The notes beneath the pieces were generated by a model. The model worked only from the letters and a program-made list of their open reading frames with translations, ran no database searches and was not told the DNA's origin. A stretch of DNA of 63,920 nucleotides, the filler included, from Blastocystis sp. subtype 4 (taxonomy: Eukaryota): NCBI RefSeq assembly GCF_000743755.1. It is 3 parts of 3 records of this genome, joined end to end, with 100 filler letters (N's around TTAATTAATTAA, not from the genome) between each part and the next. Parts side by side here need not be neighbours in the genome. Positions count along the whole stretch, not along the records: positions 24,196 to 48,241 come from NW_014569381.1; positions 48,342 to 63,920 come from NW_014569296.1; 1 more part is not named here. One strand, written 5' to 3'. Each line of letters begins with the position of its first letter. Within the stretch, counting starts at the first letter, position 1. Made by a program: the position numbers and the translations under genes. Shown here piece after piece: positions 40,719 to 52,690 of the stretch.

Positions 40719-41661
40719 ATGCATAGATTTTTTGATGTTTGCAGTGCTGATACTTCTACTTATCACTTTGATAACTGCACAGAGTTTGGGTGAGATGATT
40801 GCTTGATTTTGTAGAGTGTGGGGAGTTCAGCGGACAGTGTCGGGATGTAGGAAAGAATAGTACTCTTAGTTTAAACAGTAAATATTATAGGCGTTGCGGG
40901 TTCTATTATTCTTGTTGGTGATGAGAGTGGTGTTTACTCTGAAATCTATCTAACCGAGAGTACATATTATGGTAGCGATTGTTTGGAGTTGATGTTCTCC
41001 GTAAACCAAAAGTAGGTTTCGGAAAAAGAGGATTTCCTCTAGATTAGCAGTATCCTCTCAATCGAATATCAGAAATCGTATTGATAGGTTGAACCATTTA
41101 TTTACAGAGGAAACATCCTTTTCTGGCACTGTGACCGCGATTGAAGTGACTCTTTTTAATATAACATTAATGGCACTTGATGGAATCGAGTGTAATACAA
41201 TGGCAGACACAATCTTCCCCATTCCCCTTTCGTTGCATTTGTGTGTAGAATTGATTTGAAGAGAAGTGAAATGCTTTTACAGTACGATAAATCTCTTTGC
41301 GGCTTACTCGTCTCTCATCAGGAGTACACAGTCGATGAAGATTGTTTATAGCGGTACATCGCTATTGTTGAGCGATGAACTATTCCGCTATGAAAATAAT
41401 CAGGGTTGTTATTCAATTATTCCAACTGATGCTACTCCTACGAAAGAACCGGATAACCGTACAGGAATGTACTGATTATGACTTGTAGGCGACACAGTCA
41501 TGAATATCATTGCCTCTTTTTTCCTTTTTCTAGTTTTAGTGTTTCTGATTGTAAAGTGCATATTGAATTGTTACGAAGATAAACGAATTCTGAATGAGAT
41601 GCAATCAGGTCATCTGCGCTCAAATGGTCAACAGTCCATTGAAATGAATGAAATTCATTAG
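40719..41661 (+). CDS. Hypothetical single-pass membrane protein (signal peptide and C-terminal TM helix), multi-exon
   Basis: Starts MHRFLMFAVLILLLITLITAQS; C-terminal IIASFFLFLVLVFLIVKCIL; TAG at 41659-41661. Exon structure only partly resolved. Confidence 0.55.
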
Positions 41662-41733
41662 TTTGTATTGCTATTATATTTGTTTCGTTGAATTGAATTC
41701 GTTCCTTCGTTGTCTTGTCAAACTGACAGCAAC

Positions 41734-42816
41734 ATGCTTCTCCATTTTTGTATATGAATTCACATTACAGAGAGACTGATATTTCGGAGTCAACGGTTCA
41801 GAGTCAAGACCAGATTGATTCTCCACGAAGTGTTAATTTATCATTTTCACACATTTTCTCGTTCCTCAAGTACATCACTGTTGGTTCGCTATGGCTTGGA
41901 ATGATCTTTCTGGTTCTCAACTATACAGGAGTGGTGGGTTATCTTCAATCCTTTGACTCCTCCTTCCGATATCAACGTGGAGTTACTCCTCTAACATCAT
42001 CCTCTGCAGTTGCTTCCATCATTCTTGGGTATGATTAATGTTTGTTTTTGAAGTAGATATGTGTTCAGTCTTCCTCTTCTGCAATGGTTAATGCGAGATC
42101 GAAAGCCTATTGCCTTTCCATCGGTGATTACTGTTCACAATCTGTTTTTGATGATGGCATCAGCTATTCTAGCTTGTGGAATTTCGATTTTCGTGTTTAA
42201 GGATATGTATCTTCATGGATTTCATCATTCGGTTTGTTCTGCCGGTTGGGTGTTCCATTGAATCCTAATCATAGAGGTCCATGACAATCCGTATCTTCAT
42301 CTTATCTACTATCTCAACTATCTTCTGAAGTATTACGAGTTTATCGATACTTACATCATCATACTTAAGAAGCGCAAGGTGATTTTCCTTCATTGGTACC
42401 ATCATGCTAGTGGTGGATTATAGTTTCATTAATACCTAGTCACAGCTCTTCTGACGTACATTCAGCAGAATGATTATACTCCCGTCCAATGGGTTCCTAT
42501 CTTAATGAATCTGATTGTACCTTTCTTGGTATTGCATCACAGCTAGGTTCACGTAGTGATGTACAGTTATTACCTACTTTCTTCTTGGCATTTTAACGTG
42601 TGGTGGAAGAAATACTTGACATTGTTTCAAATCCTCCAATTTGTGGTGGATCTCACGGTGTGTATGTACTGTTCACTTCAGTTGGACCGAGTCCCTAAGA
42701 CGTGTGATGGAACACGCTTGGCTGCCTATTCGGGTGTTGGAATTATTGGTTCCTATTTCTTCCTGTTCGTGAATTTCTATATCCGTAGTTATAAAAAGAA
42801 AGAGAAATCAGAATAG
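41734..42816 (+). CDS. Fatty acid elongase (ELO/GNS1 family)
   Basis: KYYEFIDT, VIFLHWYHHA, HVVMYSYYLLS, WWKKYLTLFQILQF, basic C-terminal tail. TGTTTGTT at 42822-42829. Confidence 0.92.
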
Positions 42817-42896
42817 AAAGGTGTTTGTTGTCATTCATTCTCATCTCTTTTGAAAATTGTGGATTATCGGTACGTTCATGATATGTAGAACTGATC

Positions 42897-44440
42897 ATGA
42901 GTGAGCGTCGTGTTCTTTTGTGCTTCTTCATCCAGGAGGCATTCTCGATTGATGAAAAGGAACTTCCGCAAATGGTATTTCAAACGACATTTCATGGATC
43001 TGTAAAAGGATTGGGGTTCGTTTTCACGTGCTAGACATTAATCGGGAATCCGTCAATGGTAACAGAGATAGGCCACCAATACTGGATGAGTAATAACAAG
43101 CATGTCTGGACATTGACTCGTGACGAGTACCTCGTAGGTATGTTTGCATGAGTGAATTGTAGAAGTCTCATGATGGAGAGTTGTCTGTAGCTGTATTTCC
43201 CTATTTAAAGGATGGAGAGAATGTAGATCCACTGACGGAGTTTCACTTGCCACTTCCGGAAGTCATGGAAACTGTGAATTGGGAAGAATTGTTTGAAGTG
43301 GAAAAAGACAATCTTCGTTTCCATATTCATCTTCACGCACAACCTTATTATATCGATGAAGAACACGAAGGTTCAAAGATTACAAACGGATTCACACATA
43401 GTATATAAGGAAACCAAAGTAAATGATCGAATTCATCTGAGCTCAGAAAAAGATTCAGAAGAAGCTCTTAGTGATTATGACTTTATTATTTCAATCGATG
43501 CAATGAAGAATTGGGAGGATCTGGCTGCCATTCTGGATAAGAGTGGATTGAAATCAAAACACTATTCGTTTACCACAGTGTTCAATCGACATTACAAATC
43601 GCTTCCTCGTGCTTCGATTGATAATTCTGAGTTCATTCTTCATCTTGATCCTCTATCTCTTCATGGGTCTGTTCATTCAATTTCAAGATTCCTTCAATCA
43701 CTTCAACCACCCACTGTAATGCTAATTGATGCTAACAGTGAAGTCTTCCATCTGTCTTGATTCGTAGACCAAACTCTGTGTTCATTTTATCTCGATTTTG
43801 AACGATTTGCATTGAATTTGGCCTGTTGTCCCAGTGATGCATCCATCTCCGAAGGAACCGTATATCTTAATGATACTGTGGAATTGAGCCGTCTCCTAGA
43901 TAATACTCAGTCATGTCCAGCTGTGTTCGATAATCTGAGTAAATATGAATATTTTAGATTGATCATGTAGTACATCTCGGGTGTACTCTTGGAGTGACAT
44001 TATCACTTCGAAAATTAGAAATGGAGCCATTGACATCAGATTCGGTAGTTAAGATGGATTCATCAACCCAAGTGGATGTTTTGAATCGGAAATTAAAGAA
44101 TTTGGTATTAATTGCCGAAATTGGATTAATCCAATAGGAAGAATTCCAGAAAGAAACGGTATCACATTATGAAAAGGAACTAGAGGCGAAACAGCGTACA
44201 ATTTATCTTCTGACGCAAGCAAATCGAGAATTTGAACAGTTATGTGTGGGGAGTGTGATGGGTGAAAATTCCGTTGAGTTGAAGAACGAAAACTTGGCAT
44301 TGAAGAAGAAGGTAGAAGAGTTGACGATGCAAATAGCACAACTTCAGCGAGAGAAGGATGAAATGAGGTTGCTGTGAATTGAATGAGTTATGAGTAGAGA
44401 AGTGATGGTGCGTGTGTGTACTACTGGAAAACAGGAATAA
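42897..44440 (+). CDS. Two C2-like domains plus a short coiled coil, possibly CEP120-like
   Basis: VLLCFFIQEAFSI...VFQTTFHGSTLIGNP...VWTLTRDEYL; DYDFIISIDAMKNWEDL...LHGSVHSISRFLQS; C-terminal heptad region LKNENLALKKKVEELTMQIAQLQREKDEM. Confidence 0.45.
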
Positions 44441-44453
44441 AGTGATTGTTAAT

Positions 44454-44466
44454 AACAAACAAACCA
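44454..44466 (-). terminator. Poly(A) site with downstream TGTTTGTT element (stop-creating)
   Basis: GAA TTG T|GGTT TGTTTGTT; the T is codon position 1. Confidence 0.82.
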
Positions 44467-45434
44467 CAATTCTTTGACTTGAATGCACTGTTTCAAACTT
44501 ACAAACGTAGTTCCTTTCACTGAACGAGTTCCCCAGACACTGCCCGGTTCTACACAAACATAACGCTTGTAATCTTCATCTTCCATATCACCAATTCCAC
44601 GACACTTGTCAATCCAGGCATTCCATACAACACAATCAGGAACTTGAGGATCAACATCATTCACAGTCTCGGAGATCGACAAATGAATGATACGATCACT
44701 CATCTCAATGGTAACCTAGTACTCACATAATCGATGTATTCATACTGGATTATCAACTGCATGATATTTAGCATCTGTTTCACCTTCAAATCGAATCTCT
44801 TCTGCCACTTCGACGAATTCTAATTCTTACACCATTGCATGAACATACCTCGCCGACTGCCTGTAGTAACAGATTCAACACCTTCATGACCTTTCATTCC
44901 CTTCACAAGAGTCGTTGCAATGGAAGGACAAGCATAGTACGTGTGAAGAAGGAACTGACAATCGAAATCGTTCTGACTGGGGTTGATAACTCTAAAGATT
45001 ATACTCAACTCCCCATCTCACTTCAATTCTGTTGTGAGCTGAGTTGCCGACAAAGAGATCGTGTAGATGAGTTCAAAGGCGTGGTCCCATATTTTTCGGG
45101 TAGTCTCAGAATCTGTTAGATGGAATGTACCAACACACTCTCCATTCTTTTCATAAACCGGGTCTGATTTCCAATAGGAAGTCCTCGCAAATCCATGCTT
45201 TGTAATAGGTCCCTCTATCGATTATAACCTCTCTTCACAACTACCATTGTTAAACTGTGGGAATACAATAGGAATGCCGCCACGAATAGGTTTCCTACCG
45301 GTTGTATCGCTGAGTTTGGAAAGATAAAAGACTTCCTTTCCAGAAGGAAGGATCCACGAGAAAACTGTGGCACCAAAGAGATTAATAGATGCAGTAGCAC
45401 CCGATGAATGTTTTAAAACAACAATATCGCTCAT
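44466..45434 (-). CDS. Glucose-6-phosphate 1-epimerase (aldose 1-epimerase family); stop predicted to be completed by poly(A)
   Basis: FGATVFSW, PIRGGIPIVFPQF, KHGFAR, LLHTYY, DCVVWNAW, YVCVEPG. Confidence 0.92.
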
Positions 45435-45472
45435 GGAAATAGAATTGGAAGAAACAGAGAAAGATGGAAATA

Positions 45473-46606
45473 CTACTGTAAGTTCTTTTCAATTACTCTT
45501 CGAATATGCTTCGGAGCTTGTGGATACGAATGACATGAATAGCGTAGAATTGAGATACTGTGCTTCCCTTCATTTCCCTGATGAACTAAGATAGAAATGG
45601 CACTAGAAATCTAGTTTATCATCCTCCTAACAGATATACTTGTAGATGACTCTCTTTTCTATAAATACCAGTAGGAAGGATCCCATCAAGTAATACTAGC
45701 AATGCAACAAGACTAGAAATGAAATGCAACTGAGTCGATTTCGAATAGGTACTAGAAGTGATTAAATCAAACCAAGACAACTCTAAACAATTCATACTAT
45801 GAATGACTGTGTTGCAGATCTCCTGAAGAATGGAAATAGATTCTTCTCTCTAGATATCACGATAATTCTACTAAACAACATGATCACTAATACCCTGAAC
45901 TGTGGAGAGAAGAAGTTGTTGCATTGGCTGATGCTCGCCCAGAAACCCAGTAATCTCACCACTCTCTTCTTCTGTAATTCTAGAATCAACACAAAATACA
46001 GAGGTCACGGTAATTCCATCATCGAAGCTACATTAACAGAACAACGTTTGTAGAAGAAAAGAGTGTTGTTAATATTTGGGTTCGATACCTAAGTGGTAAG
46101 TTGAAACAATGATAAGGACTTTGATGGAGTCAAACCAGATACAACAATGAAGACAGGACAAGAGTGTTGAAATGTACAATGTCTCGGATCTCCAATCGTC
46201 TGTGTTAGCTAGGCGACAAATAATGTCTTTAGCGGCTTCACCTATGGTGAGATACAACGAAAATGCCAACAGATTGGATGAGTGATATGATAAGCAGCTG
46301 CAATAGAACAGATAGCGGGTTTAAGAGAAAGAACACCTGCCTTCAGTTTCTCCTTATCTCCCATACAGGACAAACACTATGATAAACAACAAAATCGATA
46401 GATACTGCTTTCGCTTCCTGAGTAATTGCTGGCAAGGCTTCTAATTTACTTAAGGAAGATGAAGTGTCTTGAAGTAACGAGACGTACTCAGGTAACGTAG
46501 ACGAACATACAACGTCTTCTAAGTATGAATTAGCGACTTTTGACCAACCGTTTTCTGAAAGAAGAAAGGCGCTTTCATTGTGAGTATAACACCCGCAGAC
46601 CACCAT
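45473..46606 (-). CDS. CYRI/FAM49 (DUF1394) Rac1-binding actin regulator, divergent
   Basis: Spliced NPNINNTLFFYKR (CYRI NPAIQNDFSYYRR), ITGFLGEHQPMQQLL (SLFYAEATPML), VLLDGILPTGIY (ILYDHVHPVGAF), SILRYSC (NALRFTT). Confidence 0.72.
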
Positions 46607-46738
46607 AGCTGATAAAAGAACGTCTACCCAGTAGGTGGGGATACAATAGAACACGAAATGATGCTACAAAAGGGGATTCCGTCTTTGCGCATGTGCAAAT
46701 ATTTGAATTCGAGTAAACAAAGGAATACTACAATTCTA

Positions 46739-48014
46739 CTAATACTTAACGACTTTCATTTTATAGTTATTCAAATAATACGTAGTTTGAGCCATTGCTT
46801 GGGTCATGCTTTTGATATCAAACTGGATAGGTCGTCGAAATAGTATTCCTCGACATGGCTCCTTCTCACTCAAAATAAGTCCATCCTCCATTTCACATTC
46901 CTTTGGCTTCTCTGAATATACATCGCGTAATATGATTGGATAGATATCAGCTGCATATGCTAAGATGCTTGTTGTTGAATCATGATAGTAATCAGGTTGG
47001 ACTTCAATCAACACCGAATATGGAACTAAAAAGATAGCAAATGCAGTTTCATCTCCATGACAAGTCACAAATACATCTACCGTTTGGAGTTTATGGATAA
47101 TTGATTCCCATGACATTTCCGAAAATGATACAAACTGCGTCCGTTTTTCTGCCTTCAATATTTGATTAAAATAGTGTTTAACAGGATTGATGCTTTGCCA
47201 CATAGGAACCTCCTTGCGAACATTCACCAGAATCTCCGGTTTTCGTGGAGGAATCGGGTATTCAGGCTTTCCCTTGTAGATAGCTTTTCGGATATAAATA
47301 GAATCCATTTGGTAGACCATGTCTTTCACATCCAGTCGAGGAGACACAATGATCTACTTCTGATGCGAAATTACATTCCGTACAAGTTGTTGAGCGCAAA
47401 AAGGTGAAATTGGGTGAACGAAGAGGTTGGAACCGATATTCGAAGAAATGATGCTGCTATAGTCTTTAAAGAGGATTATTGCTTCGTCTGATAGTTGACG
47501 ACCCGTAAGAAGGAATACAGAAGACACCTATTCCATAAATCACCATCCCAAATCAAAACAGAATTCAAATCCACTCCATTTCGCTGGAGGTAAATTAACG
47601 CATTTGTAAGTCGATAGGGCTGGAAATACTCTTTCGACAATGTTGCTAGGAGAACTGCAATAGGATAAACAGGATCCACTTTACTAGTGCTAAATAAACC
47701 ATCTTCCAGAACAGAAAACTTAAGACCTACACAATCACTTATGACTATCTAGAGGTACCAGAATGATGGAACAGATCTTTTACCTTTCTGTTATCATTCT
47801 CTGATACTCCATATACAGTTGCAGCAGTAGTACTCATACAGACATTGCTCAGTTCGTCAATCCAATACAAGTTTGTTCGTTTCTGAGACAATACAAAGGT
47901 TGTACTATGTGTTAGAAAGTCTGTTGACAGTTACTCAGAATAGACAAACTCTGTATTGTTAATTTCACAAATAACAGTAATGAGCAAGAGAAAAGGAGCG
48001 AGGTGGAGAATCAT
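46739..48014 (-). CDS. Glycosyltransferase family 61-like secreted or membrane protein
   Basis: Signal peptide MILHLAPFLLLITVIC; DVFVTCHGDETAFAIFLVPYSVLIEVQP resembles the GT61 HGA.LTN..FL.P...VIE motif. Confidence 0.65.
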
Positions 48015-48241
48015 TGAGAGGGATGTAGAAATGATTAACAGTATTGAATGACTATTATATTGAAGAAAATATTCATCTACGAAGGGTCCTGTTCACTATT
48101 ACTACAATTCTTGAAATACTTTAGTTGATAATCAGCACTCTATGTGTTGTACACTTCAATCCTTTCATTACTTCACAATAAACAATCCAAATAACCTCAA
48201 TCACTACTGTGGTCCACACTCAACAGCCTTTAAACTCTAGA

Positions 48242-48341
48242 NNNNNNNNNNNNNNNNNNNNNNNNNNNNNNNNNNNNNNNNNNNNTTAATTAATTAANNN
48301 NNNNNNNNNNNNNNNNNNNNNNNNNNNNNNNNNNNNNNNNN
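48242..48341. other. Artificial contig-join spacer (N-run, TTAATTAATTAA, N-run)
   Basis: Same 100-nt design as 24096-24195, with the palindrome at 48286-48297. Confidence 0.97.
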
Positions 48342-48372
48342 CAACAAATACCTTAAATAATCATAAATCAAC

Positions 48373-49864
48373 TCATTCTTCCTTAAACACAAATCGCTGC
48401 TTATCCACATAGTGAATGTCCTTGATAGCCTGAGCGATCATCGGTCCTACAGAAATCACACGAAGCTTGTTACAGCGATCAATCTTCTCTTGTGGAATTG
48501 GTACTGTATCCAGAACCATCAACTCCTCCAAAGCAGATATCTGAATCGCTTCAGGTGCCTGGTTCAACAGCAATCCATGGGACACCAGACCCAACACACG
48601 GTTAGCTCCCTTGCTCTTCACATAGTTGGCCCAACGAGTCATGGTCTTACCAGAAGCCACAGCAAAGTCAACAATGATAACATCACAGTTCTTCAGAGTC
48701 TCAGGATTCCGCATATCCTCCACTTCCCAGTCCTCTTCTCCTTGAAGGATCTGAGTCACATACTCACCTTCCATCGCTCGAATATCCAGGCCAGGATAGA
48801 ACTCGGATAATTGTTTCTTCACGAGAGCAGCACGTGGCAAGTCCTTTGGATGGGGTGTCAGAACCACAATCTTGCGAGTGGGGTCAATCTTGTGTTTGAG
48901 ATGGTTGAAAATCAGACTTGAAGCATCCAACACCTCCACAGGAGTACGATTGCTGAAGAGACCACCATCAAGCTTACTGACATTACTACGAGCTTCCATA
49001 TCCACCAACATCACATAGTCCACGCCCACCACCTCCAGCATCTTAGCAACCTCAGCTGCACTACTGAATACGAATGAGGTACCTTCAGGAAGACCATTCA
49101 CATGCTGGAGGTTCTGACGATAGGAAAAGAAGGGAATGATGCTAGTGACACGCTTAGCAGAGGCACGACGAACAGCACTGAGCATGAAGACGAGCTCAAG
49201 AAGATTATCATTAGTTGGAGCGCAAAGAGATTGGATCTAAGGAGAAAGAATACGAACTATTCATACCACATACACATCCTTGCCACGAACACTCTCTTTC
49301 ATCTGAACAGAGATTTCTCCATCGTTGAAACGACCCACAGCACAATCAGCCACTTCAGTACCTTGAAATTACTGTTTCCATTAACCTCTACCCAAACATT
49401 TCGCAACACGATCTGCAAGAGCACGGTTACTGTTTCCCGAAACAATCTTCAGTTCATGACAACCAGGAACGAAATGGTGTTCAAGAGTACAAGGATGCAG
49501 ACTTGCATCACTATTCAATGAGACACCTGGCAAGGACAGTGAGGATCCGAGCAAGAAATGTTCAAGGGTTCCTTATCCTGTGCATCAACCCCCATCTCCA
49601 AGTGGTTACCTCAACAGCAAACAGACGATTCCCATACAGAAGAGCAGCACCGCATCCAAGACCAGCCGCAACAGCGAAACCCAGTTGGAAAGGAGAAACT
49701 AATAGATAATTGGATGCATCAATCAACCTACATGCCGCAGAACCTGTAGAATAGGATCGAGATGACTGATTGACGAAATGACTCAATCTGTTGGCAGAAT
49801 GCGAGAACTTGGAGAAGTACTTGCCAAAGTGAGCGCTGTAAGAAGAAGCAACTCTTGAGAACAT
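48373..49864 (-). CDS. Ribose-phosphate pyrophosphokinase (PRPS)-like protein with N-terminal mitochondrial-type presequence and degenerate active site
   Basis: IVSGNSNRALA, RFNDGEISVQMKESVRGKDVYV, NDNLLELVFMLSAVRRASAKRVTSIIPFFSY, GANRVLGLVSHGLL, LDTVP. The N-terminus is R/S-rich and lacks acidic residues. Confidence 0.85.
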
Positions 49865-50002
49865 GGTAAATCCTTGAATCTAGGGTTTTCTTGAATGACC
49901 CCTTATTAATTGGGGCAGTTCTCCGTTTTAATACCCTATTTATTTATCTCTGCAATAGAGACTTGTTTCAGATTATAACACAAACACCAAACAACTGTAT
50001 CA

Positions 50003-52500
50003 CTACTCACAAAGATAAGAAAGAGGATCAAACATCTGCTCTTCATTCACAGTCGCATGGTTCTGTGCTTCCTCCTGCCTCTTCTTCTCTGCTTCTTCTT
50101 CTTCCTTCTGCTTCCGTTCTCGTTCAATCTTGTACTTCTCATAATGTTCTCGTGAAATGAAGGAACCTTAGGAAACGGATCAAAGGATATGTTTTACATG
50201 ACGAATATTCTCCTGACATCGGAACCAGCTGACAACCTCAGGAGTATCCATCATGAATTGATCCAGTACCAAATCCTGGAAGAATCTGTTAATCTTCGTA
50301 AGACGATCTTCTACAACAGCCTTGGTAGTGATAAATGCCGTTCCAGAAAAAGGAGACATTCCATTAATGCGCGAAGGATACTTTGCTTTCAGTGTTTGAT
50401 ACCATTCCAGCCACACAAGATAAGGATACTGGACATCCCATTGTGTTTTAATTCCGAGATTCGCTACAAATGACAAAACCACGGGAATCCACACAATTCT
50501 CCCAATCACAGTGACAAGTGTATTTCACACCATCCGCAGTCATCACACGCTCTGTAAGTTTAAGAGTTAATTGGCCCCCTTCCATATTTCCTTCAGTAAG
50601 ATCACTCTTCTCCACCTGTCGCCATGCTTCCTGCCGTTTCATTTCAGCCGTCATAACCTGATCAGCTACATCTGCCTAGACGTAATGACTGATGATAATA
50701 GGAACATTAAATCGTTTGACAAAGACATCAATTTCCTTATACTTGCGAATTGAGAGACTGTTATCCCAACCAAGATGCAACACACCAGTAGAAGGAACAC
50801 GGAAGATCATGTGATACTCTGAGATACGTACTTGAAGGGGAACTCTTCAAGTAAAGAAAGAGAGTTCATAACTCACACTTCAATAGCATCAGTCTCTTTG
50901 TCATCAATAGAGAGAATACTTCTGAACAGCATACGAGACTATTAAATCAATCAATCAGTTCATATCTTACTCCTGTCTCTTCCTTCCAACAAAAACCAAC
51001 TACTTCATCCTTCTTCACAGAAAGAGGAATTCCTGCTTGAGCACGTGGTTCTAGAGTGATATGAGACATGGATAGTTTTCCATTTGCTTCTTTGATTACT
51101 GTTTTATACACAGCTTTCCGATTCCGGATGCGAACACGTTGCTTTTCACTATCATCATCACTATCATCATCAAACTTTGGCATATGAATCCTGTCTATCA
51201 TCATCGTTCAAAATCAATACTTTTTATGCTTCTTTGGACCATCACTATCACTGTCCTACTTCTCATAATCATGAATAATCATTACAGAAGACTCTTGAAT
51301 ATCAAGAGGACCACTTAACATCGAGAACAATGAAGTAATACTCTCTGAGTACTGAAGGATTAACTCACCCAGTTCCTCCACATCCAACTCTGCGGTATCC
51401 ACACAACGCTAGAAGTGAATAAGAGATCATGATCTCACATCACATTCTTCCTGGAGTGATTCCATGGTCTTCTTCAGCTCACGTAGTTTCTTGTAATCAG
51501 GAGACTCTATCACTTCATTGAGAGATCTGAATCTACTCTTATCCATTCGCTTCATCACTGCTAGAAGCTTCTTACGAAGCTTGGTTCCATTCTTACGCAC
51601 ATCATTGTAATCTTCAACCAGTTTCTTCTATTCAATAAGAGCTTTAAACCTGAACTCACTGTCACCTCGTCATCCTTATCTTCCTATGAATCAGACCTAT
51701 CATCATCCCAAACATAATGCTCCTCTTTCAATTGATCTTCAATCGAAGTGAGAAGACTAAATGAGAAAGAGTCATCATTTCTACTTTGGCCAGTTGTAAG
51801 TCTCCACAGCAGTGGATACCTTACTAATCAACTCAGACTCGGTAAAAAGTAGTTCTGGCTTCGATACAATCGCTCTAGGAGTTAAAAATATCATTTATAA
51901 ATACTTGGCGGTTTCAATTCCACAAAGTTTGATGAGTTTCGAAATCAACTTCTTCTCGTTCAATTCATCTTCTCTAGACATCAAACATGAATTAAAAACC
52001 AACCGGAAGAGAGTGAGAAGTTTCAACACTTTCTTTACCACTTTCATATCTCCGTCAACAAGAGGAGAAATTACTTTCGTACGATCACTATCTGTAATAG
52101 CTTTCGGTTTATTCGCAGATTTCTTCTCTACTGATCACAATGTCTCCTATTAACTACTCTTTGCAAAATCACTGCTATCATCGGATGAACTGTCCGACGA
52201 ACTGTCTGAAGACTAAGGATTAGGTGTGGATTCTTCAACTCACAGAGCTCTCCTTCTTTGCCTTCTTCTCTTTCTTATGTTTCTTTCCTGATGTCTACAA
52301 TAACACTTAACAATGGATTATCACTTTTGACTTTGTGGATTTGTCCTTTTTTGAGCTACACATCAACAAACAAGAATCTCGTCTTACCTTGTCTTCTTTT
52401 TCTTCTTGTCTTCCTGCTCACTTACAGACTCCATATCCTCGTCCACTTCTTTATCAGAGTCATTCTCGGTTTTATTGTGATCAGAGTAAAACGGATTCAT
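50003..52500 (-). CDS. Multi-exon protein with acidic N-terminus, GOLD-like domain and C-terminal PX-like domain
   Basis: GOLD-like PSTGVLHLGWDNSLSIRKYKEI; PX-like WDVQYPYLVWLEWYQTLKAKYP...VVEDRLTKINRFFQDLV...PEVVSWF; ends MFDPLSYLCE-TAG. Start codon uncertain. Confidence 0.6.
50152..50190 (-). other. U12-type AT-AC intron, 39 nt
   Basis: ATATCCTTT donor, TTCCTTCAT branch-like motif, ends TTCAC. Removal gives in-frame HVKREHYEKYKIERERKQKEEE. Confidence 0.7.
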
Positions 52501-52690
52501 TCTAACTTGATCCTACAACAATGATCATGGATTATCGATTATCCTACCTTTCTGGAGAGTGAGAATAGTGCTTCATGATTGTGTCTTAAGGATCCCCGTG
52601 ATTATTCGGCAAAAGTTTGATTCTTCTGATTCAGTTGAAGAGATTCGAAAGATCCTATCCACGAAGTCTTGGGGAGTTTTCTGATTGGAC

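Noticed and set aside
50420..50432. GTATCCTTA, a U12-like donor in the PX region
   Set aside because: It lies in continuous PX-like coding sequence (VQYPYL), no branch site or acceptor was found, and no intron is needed.
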